Source of the DNA: Galbibacter sp.
Lineage (GTDB): Bacteria; Bacteroidota; Bacteroidia; Flavobacteriales; Flavobacteriaceae
Direction: 5' to 3'
DNA: 64,000 nt
Assembly (NCBI RefSeq): GCF_048266365.1
Contig: NZ_JBLWZP010000010.1
Span: 50,459 to 114,458 of the forward strand
Shown: one piece after another, positions 22,709-33,200 of the stretch
Position numbering within the stretch: position 1 is the first letter of the stretch
Layout: every line of letters starts with the position of its first letter
Notes under the pieces: generated by a model
What the model saw: only the letters and a program-made list of their open reading frames with translations
What the model was told of the DNA's origin: nothing
Database searches by the model: none
Program-made: the position numbers and the translations under genes

Positions 22709-22927
22709 CTAATCCTTAGGTTTGTATGTAGAAATACCACAAGCCTTATACAAGGGGCAAACTCGAAAAAAACACGTCAATAGCATTACAATGGCTATGA
22801 GCATTAGCATTACGCCCAAAATGCCTTTTATGATTTGAAAATAAAATAGCATCGCGATTACAAAGGCAATAACTACTCGAATTAGCTTATCTGTATTACT
22901 CATATTCATCTTTATCTTCATTGGCAT
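22709..22927 (-). CDS. DUF2892 (YgaP-type) small membrane protein
   Basis: Two TM helices and the C-terminal CPLYKACGIST motif typical of DUF2892. The start is probably an internal Met. Its stop directly abuts the clpS stop. Confidence 0.7.
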   Translation of the reverse strand: MPMKIKMNMSNTDKLIRVVIAFVIAMLFYFQIIKGILGVMLMLIAIVMLLTCFFRVCPLYKACGISTYKPKD

Positions 22928-22993
22928 CTTTTTTTAATTCCTAATTCTAATTTTACTACAACTGTATACAGCTTAATTCATTGTGCAATTTTG

Positions 22994-24385
22994 CTAAGAA
23001 AGAGGCATTTCAGTCTCTTTTAAAGCACCAAATCCGCCTTTAATGTCTGTAAGCTTGGTAAAGCCTCTAGCGCTTAGTATGGACGCTGCAATGGCTGAGC
23101 GGTATCCTCCGGCACAGTGAATGTAATAGGGTTTTTCTTTGTCTAGTTCACCCATGTTCTCATTGATAAAATCCAAGGGAAAACTATCTGCGTCAAGCAA
23201 GTGCTGAGTGTCAAATTCACCAGGTTTACGAACATCCAGTATGCTACTAGTGCCGTTTTTTTGGTTTTGGTAGTCTTCCTCAAAGGTTTGTGCATCAATG
23301 GATGCAATAGTCTGTGTTTCTTTCCCGGCCGCAATCCAGGATTCAAGTCCTCCTTCTAAATACCCAAGGGTGTTATCGTATCCCACCCTTGATAATCGGG
23401 TAACCGTTTCTTCGGCTTTACCTTCAGGAACCACGAGTAACAAAGGTTGTGCAAGATCAGTAATTAAGGCACCAACCCAAGGGGCGAAGGATCCGTCCAA
23501 ACCAATAAAGATAGAATTTGGAACATGTTGTTTTAAAAATTCTTCAGGGGATCTAACATCAAGTACCACGGCAGAGGTTTGGTTAGCAAGGTGCTCGAAT
23601 GCGATAGGATCCAAAGGAACATTTCCTTTATCTAGAACGTGTTCGAATGTATCATAGCCCTGCTTGTTGAGCATGGCGTTTTTTGAGAAATATTGAGGCG
23701 GGGGTAGTATGCCTTCTAATAGCTCTTCAATAAAGGCAACCTTTGTCTTATCCTCTTGAAGTGCGTAGTTGGTCTTTTTCTGATTACCTAAAGTGTCAAC
23801 GGTATCCTTACTCATGTTCTTCCCACAGGCCGAACCCGCACCGTGTGCCGGGTAGATCAATAAATCATCTTCCAAAGGCATGATTTTATCATGTAAGGAA
23901 TCGTAGAGCATTCCAGCAAGATCTTCCTTGGTTATATCTTGTTTGATGGCTAAATCGGGTCTGCCGACATCGCCTATAAAAAGCGTGTCTCCTGTAAATA
24001 GAGCGTGGTTTTTACCTTGGGCATCTATTAGCAGGTAGCAACTTGATTCTAGGGTATGTCCCGGTGTGTGAAGCACTTTAATTTTCACGTCTCCAAGGCT
24101 GAATTCTTCCCCATCTTTAGCTTGGTAAATGTCATAACTTGTCTCAGCATTAGGACCATAGACAATAGTAGCTCCTGTCTTTTTCGCTAAATCTACATGA
24201 CCGGAGACAAAGTCTGCATGAAAATGAGTTTCAAAAATGTATTTAATTTTTGAGCCCGTTTTTTTAGCCCTAGCGATATAGGGTTCTGTTTCTCTTAAAG
24301 GATCGATGATTGCCACTTCGCCCTTTGACTCTATATAATAGGCGCCCTGAGCTAAACATCCGGTATAAATTTGTTCAACTTTCAT
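22994..24385 (-). CDS. MBL-fold persulfide-dioxygenase-like protein fused to two rhodanese domains (CstB/Blh-like)
   Basis: 463 aa. N-terminal THFHADFVSGH metal motif, a middle rhodanese domain without Cys, and a C-terminal rhodanese with active loop HCAGGYRS. Confidence 0.85.
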   Translation of the reverse strand: MKVEQIYTGCLAQGAYYIESKGEVAIIDPLRETEPYIARAKKTGSKIKYIFETHFHADFVSGHVDLAKKTGATIVYGPNAETSYDIYQAKDGEEFSLGDVKIKVLHTPGHTLESSCYLLIDAQGKNHALFTGDTLFIGDVGRPDLAIKQDITKEDLAGMLYDSLHDKIMPLEDDLLIYPAHGAGSACGKNMSKDTVDTLGNQKKTNYALQEDKTKVAFIEELLEGILPPPQYFSKNAMLNKQGYDTFEHVLDKGNVPLDPIAFEHLANQTSAVVLDVRSPEEFLKQHVPNSIFIGLDGSFAPWVGALITDLAQPLLLVVPEGKAEETVTRLSRVGYDNTLGYLEGGLESWIAAGKETQTIASIDAQTFEEDYQNQKNGTSSILDVRKPGEFDTQHLLDADSFPLDFINENMGELDKEKPYYIHCAGGYRSAIAASILSARGFTKLTDIKGGFGALKETEMPLS

Positions 24386-24516
24386 TTTTGTACACTTTTT
24401 TGCATTGTTCCTAAAAGTTAATTTTAAAGGAACACCTCAAAGGTACGAAACAACTAGCTTTTTGCCATTCTGAATTCTAACAAAGTGTTCTTGTTCGCTT
24501 TGTTAGATGTACATTT

Positions 24517-24930
24517 TTAATGTGGAAGTTTGGTTTTTAAAAGTCCATATACAAAAGTTCCTGCAACCGCAGCAGCCAATACAATAATCATGGAGAACAG
24601 TCCTGTGCCTATGAGGGTGAATATGGGGCCTGGACAGGCACCTGTGAGCGCCCAGCCTAAACCAAAAATAATACCTCCAATAAGATAGCGATACTTAGTT
24701 CTGTCTTTTGGTGGGAGTAGCATTGGATCTCCATGGTATGTCTTTAGTTTAAACTTTTTTGAAAGCTGAATTAGGATGACTCCGGTAAGTACAGCACTTC
24801 CTATGATTCCATACATATGGAAGGATTCAAAACGGAACATTTCAAAAATGCGATACCAGGATACAGCTTCTGACTTTACAAGTACTATCCCAAGTAACAT
24901 TCCTGTTGCGATAAATTTTATGTATTTCAT
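24517..24930 (-). CDS. YeeE/YedE-family sulfur-compound transporter, C-terminal-half type
   Basis: 137 aa, 4 TM helices, LTGACPGP motif. Confidence 0.8.
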   Translation of the reverse strand: MKYIKFIATGMLLGIVLVKSEAVSWYRIFEMFRFESFHMYGIIGSAVLTGVILIQLSKKFKLKTYHGDPMLLPPKDRTKYRYLIGGIIFGLGWALTGACPGPIFTLIGTGLFSMIIVLAAAVAGTFVYGLLKTKLPH

Positions 24931-24940
24931 AATTGAAGTA

Positions 24941-25498
24941 TTAAAATAATAGGGGTAGAATAAAGTGTGTCATAACCAGTCCTCCAATAAAGAATCCTGT
25001 CACTGCGATAAGTGAAGGAATTTGAAGGTTGCTCAGACCAGTGATGGCATGGCCGGAAGTACAGCCACCTGCGTAACGGGTTCCAAAACCTACTAAAAAG
25101 CCACCTATAACGAGTATAGTGATTCCTTTTAAACTAAAAACAGCCTCTGATCCAAACATTTCCATTGGGACTAAGGATTCGCCTATATTGTCAAAACCAA
25201 ATTCTTGTAATTGGAGTACAGTTGCTGTATTCAACTGCATTAGGGAATGATCACTTAGTAAAAAGTAGGCTATGCAACCTCCTAGAATAGCACCAAAGAC
25301 AACCGTGAGGTTCCACAGTTGTGACTTCCAATCGAATCGGAAGAATTCGGCGTGTTTTCCTGCTCCTCCTATGGAACATAAGGTTCGTAAATTGGATGAA
25401 ACCCCAAAGGTTTTACCAAAATAGACCAACAGAAACATGACAAGTGCGAGTATTGGTCCGGATATATACCAGGGCCAAGGTTGAAGTATGAGTTCCAT
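24941..25498 (-). CDS. YeeE/YedE-family sulfur-compound transporter, N-terminal-half type
   Basis: YAGGCTSGHAITG motif. Start placed at ATG 25498 (MELILQPWPWY), 9 codons inside the tracked ORF. Confidence 0.8.
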   Translation of the reverse strand: MELILQPWPWYISGPILALVMFLLVYFGKTFGVSSNLRTLCSIGGAGKHAEFFRFDWKSQLWNLTVVFGAILGGCIAYFLLSDHSLMQLNTATVLQLQEFGFDNIGESLVPMEMFGSEAVFSLKGITILVIGGFLVGFGTRYAGGCTSGHAITGLSNLQIPSLIAVTGFFIGGLVMTHFILPLLF

Positions 25499-25596
25499 AA
25501 AACAAAAATATTTAATGTAAAACAAAGATAAGTTTTCTTTGTATGCGCAGGTAGTTTAGAACAAGATACCAATAACTCGTTTTTTTTAATTAAAAT

Positions 25597-25640
25597 TTGG
25601 TGCATATATCATAAAATATATTATATTTGCACCCGCATTT
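25597..25640 (+). promoter_or_regulatory. candidate Bacteroidota-type promoter for tRNA-Arg
   Basis: TTG at 25597 and TATATTTG (TAnnTTTG consensus) at 25622..25629, 38 nt upstream of the tRNA. The extended TTTGCACCCGCATTT resembles the element upstream of tRNA-Ser. Confidence 0.35.
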
Positions 25641-25666
25641 GGGCAATGTCTTATTGCTAATTTAAC

Positions 25667-25740
25667 GGCCTCGTGGCGCAACTGAATAGCGCATCTGATT
25701 ACGGCTCAGAAGGTTGCAGGTTTGAATCCTGCCGAGGTCA
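25667..25740 (+). tRNA. tRNA-Arg (anticodon ACG)
   Basis: 74 nt. Acceptor GGCCTCG/CGAGGTC, anticodon stem-loop TCTGA-TTACGGC-TCAGA, T-arm GCAGG-TTTGAAT-CCTGC. Confidence 0.9.
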
Positions 25741-25765
25741 CTTTTAGGTAGTTAAATACCTGCAC

Positions 25766-25799
25766 AAAACCACACAATTCCTATGAATCGTGTGGTTTT
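25766..25799 (+). terminator. hairpin terminator after tRNA-Arg
   Basis: AAAACCACAC-N14-GTGTGGTTTT, a 10-bp stem with a U-rich 3' side. Confidence 0.45.
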
Positions 25800-26375
25800 C
25801 AAGTTTTTATGGGTTCATTTAATTTGGATTGAAATGCTATAAAATACTATAAAATGGCCTTTTACACTTGCATATTTCCCTGTACCTTCTAATACATATT
25901 TTGCTTTTTCTCGTAATTCTAATAGGACATCATCAATCACTCAATTTATAATGTTATTGGGGTGTATTTTCCGTGGTGGGGAATTATCTCCCGCATCTTT
26001 ATTTGAAATCATTCTAATATTTTATTAAATTACTGATCTTTAGTAGTTTATCAGTATTAGTGTTGTGGTGTGTAAATTGGGCACAACATTTGCTGATGTA
26101 GAGATGAGTGTATTTTGTCTTCTTTTAGAATTCAAAGTATTTAAGGGTATTTCTGTAGGCTAATTAATTTAAAAAAGTCAATTAGCCAGGGGGTACCTTA
26201 TATCAATATATACGATTGTCAGAAAATAGGCTTTTAGGAGGTTCCAACGAATTCTTCTAGGGGAACTGTTGCTGTTTAGTTTATAAAAGAATCTCAGTTG
26301 GACGATCATTTTCAAAAACAAACATTAAAACAAAATATAAAATAGAAGAAACAGTCTTCATAATACTATAAGATC

Positions 26376-26780
26376 ATGGAAAAAACAAAATTAATCATCG
26401 AGAAGAAGGAACTTGAAGTTCTAAAAGAGTTGGTAAAAAATTCTAATTATTTTAATGATAATGTTCTTAAACAATCCGTTAAAGAACTGCTAGAAGAACT
26501 TAAAGATTCGCAGGTCTTAACCCAGGAAGAAATGCCTGGTGATGCGGTGCGCCTCAACTCAAAAGTGACCGTTAATTTAGCTAATGGTTGGAGTAATACT
26601 TTTAAAATTGTCCATCCTAGAGATAGTGACATAAAGAAAAATCTATTCTCCATACTTTCTCCTATGGGATTTGCCTTATACGGTCATCGTAAAGCTGACG
26701 TGTTTTCTTGGAAATTCCCTGCAGGACCACAGACGATCACAGTCACTGATGTTGATAACTCGGAGGTGGTGCCTCATTAA
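26376..26780 (+). CDS. Rnk/GreA-family protein (GreA C-terminal domain)
   Basis: 134 aa. EEMPGDAVRLNSKVTV and SILSPMGFALYGHRKADVFSW align by eye to E. coli Rnk. Confidence 0.75.
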   Translation: MEKTKLIIEKKELEVLKELVKNSNYFNDNVLKQSVKELLEELKDSQVLTQEEMPGDAVRLNSKVTVNLANGWSNTFKIVHPRDSDIKKNLFSILSPMGFALYGHRKADVFSWKFPAGPQTITVTDVDNSEVVPH

Positions 26781-26919
26781 TGGCATAAGGGCTCTTGGAG
26801 TCTAATGTGTATTAAAGATATTACAAATGATAACACTGTAGATCGCTACTTGGTTATTGTTTGTAATATTTTTTTGTTTACAGCAGATTCAACTAGCCTC
26901 ATCAGACGCAATATGTGCT

Positions 26920-29900
26920 TTAAATAGCGGTCACCTTGGATATCTCTTTTAGTTTATCCAATACCTTTTCGTGGGACTCTAGTTTTAGCTTTTTCTTCAA
27001 ACGGTGTCGAGCAATCTTTACAGAACTCACCGAGATACCAAACAAAGTCGCGATATCTTTTGAGGTGAATTTCATCAGAATCAATGCGCATAGTTTTATA
27101 TCGCGTTCACTCAGGTTTGGGTACCTGACTTTTAGGTTGTTGATGAAGGCTGGATGGATTTCGTTAAAAAGTGAATAGAAATGATCCCATTCCTTATCGA
27201 ACATAAAGCTATCGTTAATATGATTAATTAAGGTCGAAATACTTTTCTTGCTAATTTCTTTTTGTTTTATCTCCTCTTTGAGTTTCTCTTTTATGGTATT
27301 TAATAAGTCATTTTTATGGACTGCCCTAAGAGTGTTATTGGTCAATTCTTCGTTTTTAAAATTGAGTTCTGCTCTGAGCTGTTTTTGTTGCAGATCGTGG
27401 TGCTCCTTCTCAATTTTAAGGATTTTCATTTTGTTTCCAAGGATTTTATTTTGTTGGTATTTTACTTCTTCTGTTTTGTTCTCCAGAAGCTGTTTTAATT
27501 TTTGTTCTCTATCTTTTAATACGGAGACTCTCCAGTGATAGGTAATGCTAATGAGAATGATCAGAACAAGGAAGATCACAATTCGAAACCAAAGCGTCTG
27601 CCATAGGGCAGGAAGCACCTTTAGCTGTAAACTGGCGATGTGCTTACTGGGATTGCCATTTTGATCCATGGCCTTTACTTTTAAGGTGTAATTGCCTGGG
27701 TCTAAATTTGTAAATGAGATGGTTCTAAGGTTTCCGACTTCGTTCCAAGAATCCTTTAATTCTTCGATGGAGTAGGCATACCATAAATCCTGTGATATGA
27801 TAGGGTCAGAACTAGTGTAGGTAATGGTTAAAAAAGTAGTTTGTGGCTGAAGTTCAATTGTTCGCTCAGGATTATTCTTGTACCTAGCGAGCTTAATTGA
27901 ATTAATATGAGATTCTGAATCTTCATTTTTTGCAATTACAGAGGTGAAATTAATTTTAGATTCTAGGGTAGTGGGTTGTAATTGGTGCGGTGAAAAAGAC
28001 GAAAGTCCGAAGGCCCCTGCCATGAGTATATCTCCGTTTTTCGCTAAATATGCGCCACTTCCGTTAAAGGTATAGATGCCATCATTTTCGTTAAAGTTGG
28101 TTATGCTCCCCGAAGTATCTATTTTAGTTAGACCCATATTGGTACTCAACCAGATATTGTTAGAATGGTCTTTTAAAATTCCTTCAATAGTATTTCCTTT
28201 TATTTTATCGAATTGCTTATAACGCTCAAATGTGTTGTTTGAACGATTGTACTTATTGAGTCCATAACCGTAGGTTCCGACTAAGATGTTTAGGTCATTA
28301 GTTTGACCAATGGATCGAATATAGTTGCCACTTATTGAGCTACTGTCTTGGTCGTGATGATAATAACTATATTGTTTATAGGATGTTCCGTCTTTTTCAT
28401 ACCGAAATAGGCCGTTGGAGGTTCCGACCCACATGTCGCCTTTTACATCTTTTAAAATGACATTTACCAGGTTGGAAGAGGATCGCTCATGCTCATTGGG
28501 AAATAGATGTTGTTTTATATTGAATTGGCTGTCAAACACCGTTATTCCGATCCTGTGTCCAACCCATATATCTCCATGTTTATCCAGTTCCAAGGCGTAG
28601 GCTCCCTTTAATCTACTGAACTCATTAATGGGGATAAATTTATTGGTTTTGATATCAAGAATACTCAGTCCACCTCTAAGGGTGGCAATCCATAATCTAT
28701 TATTTTTGTCCTCCAAAAGTGACATCACAATACTTCCGTTGAGGTCTGTATTAATTGCCGGGTTGTCTATGTAGAAGGAGGAGGTTTTATCTTTGGGGTT
28801 GTAACGAACTAATCCGTTTCTCCCGGCAGAAAGCCATATGTGTCCGAAACTATCTTCAAGTATGGTCGATCCCTGTTGATCCTTATGTGAAAAACCTATT
28901 TCTAGTGCGGGAATATTTTTTATGACGAATCTATTTTTGACAATCGATAGTCCGCCATGCACTGTAGCCAGTAGAATATTGTTGTTATGCCCTCTCTCAA
29001 TGGCCAGTATAGAATTGTCTGGAATGTTCTCGGGATTGTAGTAGTTCTGAGTGTAGTAATGGAACTCCTCGCTTGTTTTGTCATAGAGGTTTAAACCGCC
29101 TCCATCAGTGCCTATCCAAACCTTTCGTTTTTCGCTCAGCAGGCATAATACAATATTGTTGTTAATAGATGTCCCCGGATTCGAATTTCTTTTATAATGT
29201 CTCACCTCACTTCGAGAAATATTTATTTTAAAAAGGCCGTTTCCATTTGTAGCTACCCAAAGGTATCCGTCTTGGTCCATGGTGAGATCATTGACTCTGG
29301 TGTTGTTTGTTTGTTGATCCAGTGGAATCGAGGTAACTTTGTCATTTTTAAGCGTTAGAACCATTCCTTTAGCGGTGCCCAAAAATAGGCTCTCGTCTGA
29401 ACCTTTATGTATTGAGGTGATAGTTTGCCTTTCTAAAGTAGGGATAAGCTTAAGACTTCCATCAATAATATTTCCTTGTTCGTTGTATTTAAACTTAAGC
29501 AGTGCACCTGTATCGGTACCTAGGTACGCCAAATCTCCGTCAATTAGTGCCATGCTAATAATATTTTGACTCAAGTACTGACGAAGATCAATATTCGGAT
29601 GTTGAATTTTTTTAAACTCCCGATCTCCTTTAATTAAAACATAAAGCCCAGTGTAGGTGGTCGCCCATATGTTTTGATACGCATCTTCTGCTAATTTATT
29701 GACATTAGAGTTCCTCGGTAAGGTATATGGGATAGTTTTATCACCGTCATATCTATCTATGGCAATTCTATTGCCCATCCATAGTATTCCATTAGAGTCC
29801 TGAAGTACTGCAGAGATTCGTTTGGAAGAAATGCCTTGCTTATGATCAATGGTTTTAAATCGCAAATCATATTGCTGGGCAAATGTTAGGTTTAATGATA

Positions 29901-29928
29901 GTAGAAAAAATAATACTAATTTACGCAT
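26920..29928 (-). CDS. transmembrane one-component regulator: periplasmic beta-propeller repeats + Y_Y_Y domain + TM + coiled coil + LuxR/GerE HTH
   Basis: 1002 aa. Signal peptide, many W-x-G-T / LW-type two-component-regulator propeller repeats, TM helix LWFRIVIFLVLIILISITY, C-terminal HTH LSERDIKLCALI...IATLFGISVSSVKIARHRLKKKL. No HisKA/HATPase/REC sequence is visible. Confidence 0.85.
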   Translation of the reverse strand: MRKLVLFFLLSLNLTFAQQYDLRFKTIDHKQGISSKRISAVLQDSNGILWMGNRIAIDRYDGDKTIPYTLPRNSNVNKLAEDAYQNIWATTYTGLYVLIKGDREFKKIQHPNIDLRQYLSQNIISMALIDGDLAYLGTDTGALLKFKYNEQGNIIDGSLKLIPTLERQTITSIHKGSDESLFLGTAKGMVLTLKNDKVTSIPLDQQTNNTRVNDLTMDQDGYLWVATNGNGLFKINISRSEVRHYKRNSNPGTSINNNIVLCLLSEKRKVWIGTDGGGLNLYDKTSEEFHYYTQNYYNPENIPDNSILAIERGHNNNILLATVHGGLSIVKNRFVIKNIPALEIGFSHKDQQGSTILEDSFGHIWLSAGRNGLVRYNPKDKTSSFYIDNPAINTDLNGSIVMSLLEDKNNRLWIATLRGGLSILDIKTNKFIPINEFSRLKGAYALELDKHGDIWVGHRIGITVFDSQFNIKQHLFPNEHERSSSNLVNVILKDVKGDMWVGTSNGLFRYEKDGTSYKQYSYYHHDQDSSSISGNYIRSIGQTNDLNILVGTYGYGLNKYNRSNNTFERYKQFDKIKGNTIEGILKDHSNNIWLSTNMGLTKIDTSGSITNFNENDGIYTFNGSGAYLAKNGDILMAGAFGLSSFSPHQLQPTTLESKINFTSVIAKNEDSESHINSIKLARYKNNPERTIELQPQTTFLTITYTSSDPIISQDLWYAYSIEELKDSWNEVGNLRTISFTNLDPGNYTLKVKAMDQNGNPSKHIASLQLKVLPALWQTLWFRIVIFLVLIILISITYHWRVSVLKDREQKLKQLLENKTEEVKYQQNKILGNKMKILKIEKEHHDLQQKQLRAELNFKNEELTNNTLRAVHKNDLLNTIKEKLKEEIKQKEISKKSISTLINHINDSFMFDKEWDHFYSLFNEIHPAFINNLKVRYPNLSERDIKLCALILMKFTSKDIATLFGISVSSVKIARHRLKKKLKLESHEKVLDKLKEISKVTAI

Positions 29929-30237
29929 CGCACATTTCTCTTTTGTTACCCATTGATTATCTGTGTTATATATCTATGTACGACATATATGTGTCGCTTA
30001 ACACCTATAAATACTGGGTATTACCGATGGGGAAGATACAACATGTATCCCAAAAGTAAAACAATAGTATCCTAAATGTTGCCCTATTTTATTAACACTT
30101 ATTTAACTTATTGCATACTTTGCTCGCCGAAATCGAACCTCAGAGCTCTGGTTATTTACGGTTTCTTATAAAATTTATGAATTCTAATTTATCGACTACT
30201 ATTAGCTATTAATCAAAAACTATCTAACAAACTATTT

Positions 30238-33200
30238 ATGAAAAACTTAATTCTTTTGTTTTGTGTTTTTTGTTCCTGCATACCGCTGGTTGCACAACAA
30301 AATGTCATCACAGTGAAAGGGCAGGTTATGGATACAGAGATGGATTCCCCCATTCCTGGCGTTAACGTCCTTGAAAAAAATACAACTAACGGAACGATGA
30401 CCGATTTTGATGGGGAGTTTAGCATCACCGTTAAACGTGGTACAACGGTAACCTTTAGTTATATCGGGTACCAGACTCAAGAGGTCCTTATTAAAGATGA
30501 TGCGCCACTTTCAATCGGCTTGACTATGTCAGCGGAAAACTTGGATGAAGTGGTACTTGTTGGTTATGGTGTTCAGAAGAAAGAAAACCTAACCGGTGCA
30601 GTAAGTACAATCTCCGCAGAAAAAATTGAGAACAGACCTGTTACTGATGTTATGCAGGCCATACAAGGAGCAGCTCCTGGTTTACAACTAACTGTTGGAA
30701 ACTCTGGCGGGGAGCCCGGTGCTAGCATGAATATCAGTATTAGAGGTGCTGGAAATTTACAAGGAACTGGAGCTCCATTGGTTATTGTAGATGACATTCC
30801 ATTAAATAATCCTAGTGATATGAATGATATCAATCCCAATGATATTGAGAGTATATCCGTGTTAAAAGATGCTGCCTCCTCTGCTATTTACGGATCCAGA
30901 GCTGCATTTGGGGTGATATTAATAAAAACCAAGAGTGGAACAGCGACGGATGGTCATAAATTTAACTACTCCAACAATTTTTCTTATTCTTCTCCTTTGA
31001 ATTTACCGGAAATGATGAACTCCCTTGAGTTTGCTGAATATTTTAATTTGGCAGCTACAAATGGTGGGAGAAGCGTATTGTTCACTGAGGATGTAATAGG
31101 ACGAATTAAAGCTTATATGAATGATCCTGTAAATACTCCTGTTACTGTGCCGACAGAAGATGGTACCAGATGGCAACAGTATTCTGGATCGAATGCCAAT
31201 ACGGATTGGTTTGATGTGATGTACAAGGACATTGTACTTCGTAAACAACACAACCTTAGTTTCTCCGGTAAACAAAAGGATGTGAGTTATCACGTTGCGG
31301 CAGGGCTCTTAGATGCCCCTGGTGTAATGAGCTATGGCGACGATTCTTATAAACGTTATAACTTAAATGCAAAATTCACTGCTAAAATGACCGATTGGTT
31401 CCGATTTAATGTGAATATGCGAATGGCTAGAATAGATCAAGAGCGTCCAAGCTATGATCCGGGACTGTATTTACACAACATTGCCAGACGTTGGCCAACC
31501 AATGGCGTGGTGATGCCTAATGGAAGTTTTAGTGATGGGTCCGAGATTCCGTTCATTGTAGACGGAGGAAGAAGAAACTCGGAATCTTATAATTCGAATC
31601 TATCTTTAAACTTAATTTTTGAACCTATAAAGGATTTAAAATTAACGACAAGTTTGTTGTATAGAAATTACCATACTGAAATACAAAGCCACAGTGCCAA
31701 AGTCTCTGTTACTGAGCCTGATGGAGCCGAACGTCTGATTCGTCAAAACAACAGTATCAATAATTATGCGTCAAAGAATACTTATATATCTCCAAACTTG
31801 GTGGTGTCCTATAAGAAATCTATTAACAACGCACATAACTTTGATGGACTTATTGGTTTCCAACAAGAAGAAACTAAGTACAATTCTTTATCTGGAAGTA
31901 AGGATGATTTGATCACCGAAAGTGTTCCATCTATTAGAACTGCAGTAGGAGAGGATTATGTTGATGCTACCTTGGGTTCTTATGTGACCAGAGGTTATTT
32001 CGGACGTATCGGGTATAACTATAAAGAAAAATATTTACTTGAAGTTAACGGTCGTTACGATGCTTCGTCTCGGTTTGCTGAGGACATGAGATGGGATTTC
32101 TTCCCTTCAATATCTGTGGGATATAACGTTGCCAAAGAAGGATTTTGGAATATCGATGCGATCAGTACATTTAAACTCCGTTATTCAACGGGTAGTATTG
32201 GTAACCAAAATGTTGCAAATTACCTGTATATAGGACGCATGCCTATTCGAACTAACCTTTGGTGGTTAACCGATAGCGGACGACCAAATTACACCTTGAC
32301 ACCTGGACTTATTAGTCCTGATATTACTTGGGAAACAGTATCTACTGATAACTACGGTTTAGATATCAGCGCATTAAACCAACGTTTAGACCTTACTTTC
32401 GAGCTCTTTAAAAGAACAACAGAGAACATGTTCGGGCCTGCTGAGCGTTACCCTGCATTATTGGGTACCGGAGCTCCACAATCTAACAATGCTTCTTTAG
32501 AAACTAAAGGTTTTGAACTCAGTGCAAATTGGAGAGATAACATTGGAGACTTTGGGTATAACATTGGTTTCATTGTTTCTGATGCTGTCACAAAGGTTAC
32601 TGAATATTCTAATCCTAACAATTTGTTGAATACCTATAGGGTAGGAGAAGAATTGGGAGAAATTTGGGGATTTGAAACCGTTGGTTTGTATCAATCACAA
32701 GCTGAGATTGACAATGGTCCGGATCAGTCTGCTATATGGGGTGGTGATTGGCAACCAGGAGACGTTCAATACGTTGACCAAAATGGAGATAACATCATCG
32801 ACTACGGAGATAGCACACTAGATAACCCAGGTGACCGTGTCATTATTGGTAATTCAACTCCACGTTATACCTACTCTATAAATGGCGGTATGAATTATAA
32901 AGGAATCGACTTCTCAATGTTTTGGCAGGGTGTTGGTAAGCGGGATCTTTGGACTGGAGGAGCTTATACCTATGGTGCAGTTGGAAACCAATGGCAGTCT
33001 GCTGGGTTGAAATCCCATTTAGATCACTGGACTGAAGATAATCCAAATGGATTTTATCCAAGGCCTACCTTTAACAATGCTGAGCGAAATCAACAGACAC
33101 AAACACGCTATTTACAAGATGCATCTTACTTGCGTTTAAAAAATGTCACTTTAGGCTATAGCTTCTCTGATCAGATCCTAGAGCGTTTACGCATGGAGCG

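Noticed and set aside
22706-22711. Zero-gap convergent stops of clpS and the DUF2892 gene, considered as a possible antisense or overlap regulatory feature.
   Set aside because: The stops abut without overlapping coding sequence, which is probably just compact genome organisation. It is mentioned under the sulfur-cluster finding instead.
25499-25605. Extension of the YeeE-like ORF (MFYIKYFCF) and the overlapping 78-aa ORF 25369..25605.
   Set aside because: The extension adds only AT-rich codons upstream of a good Met (MELILQPWPWY). The 78-aa ORF is an alternative frame across the same gene start and promoter region.
25741-26375. Short ORFs in the tRNA-Arg flank, for example MNRVVFKFLWVHLIWIEML (+) and a stop-to-stop minus-strand frame ...LELREKAKYVLEGTGKYASVKGHF....
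   Set aside because: Each is 35 aa or shorter, and the minus-strand frame has no start codon. One overlaps the terminator hairpin. I recognise no family and cannot support them as genes or pseudogene fragments.
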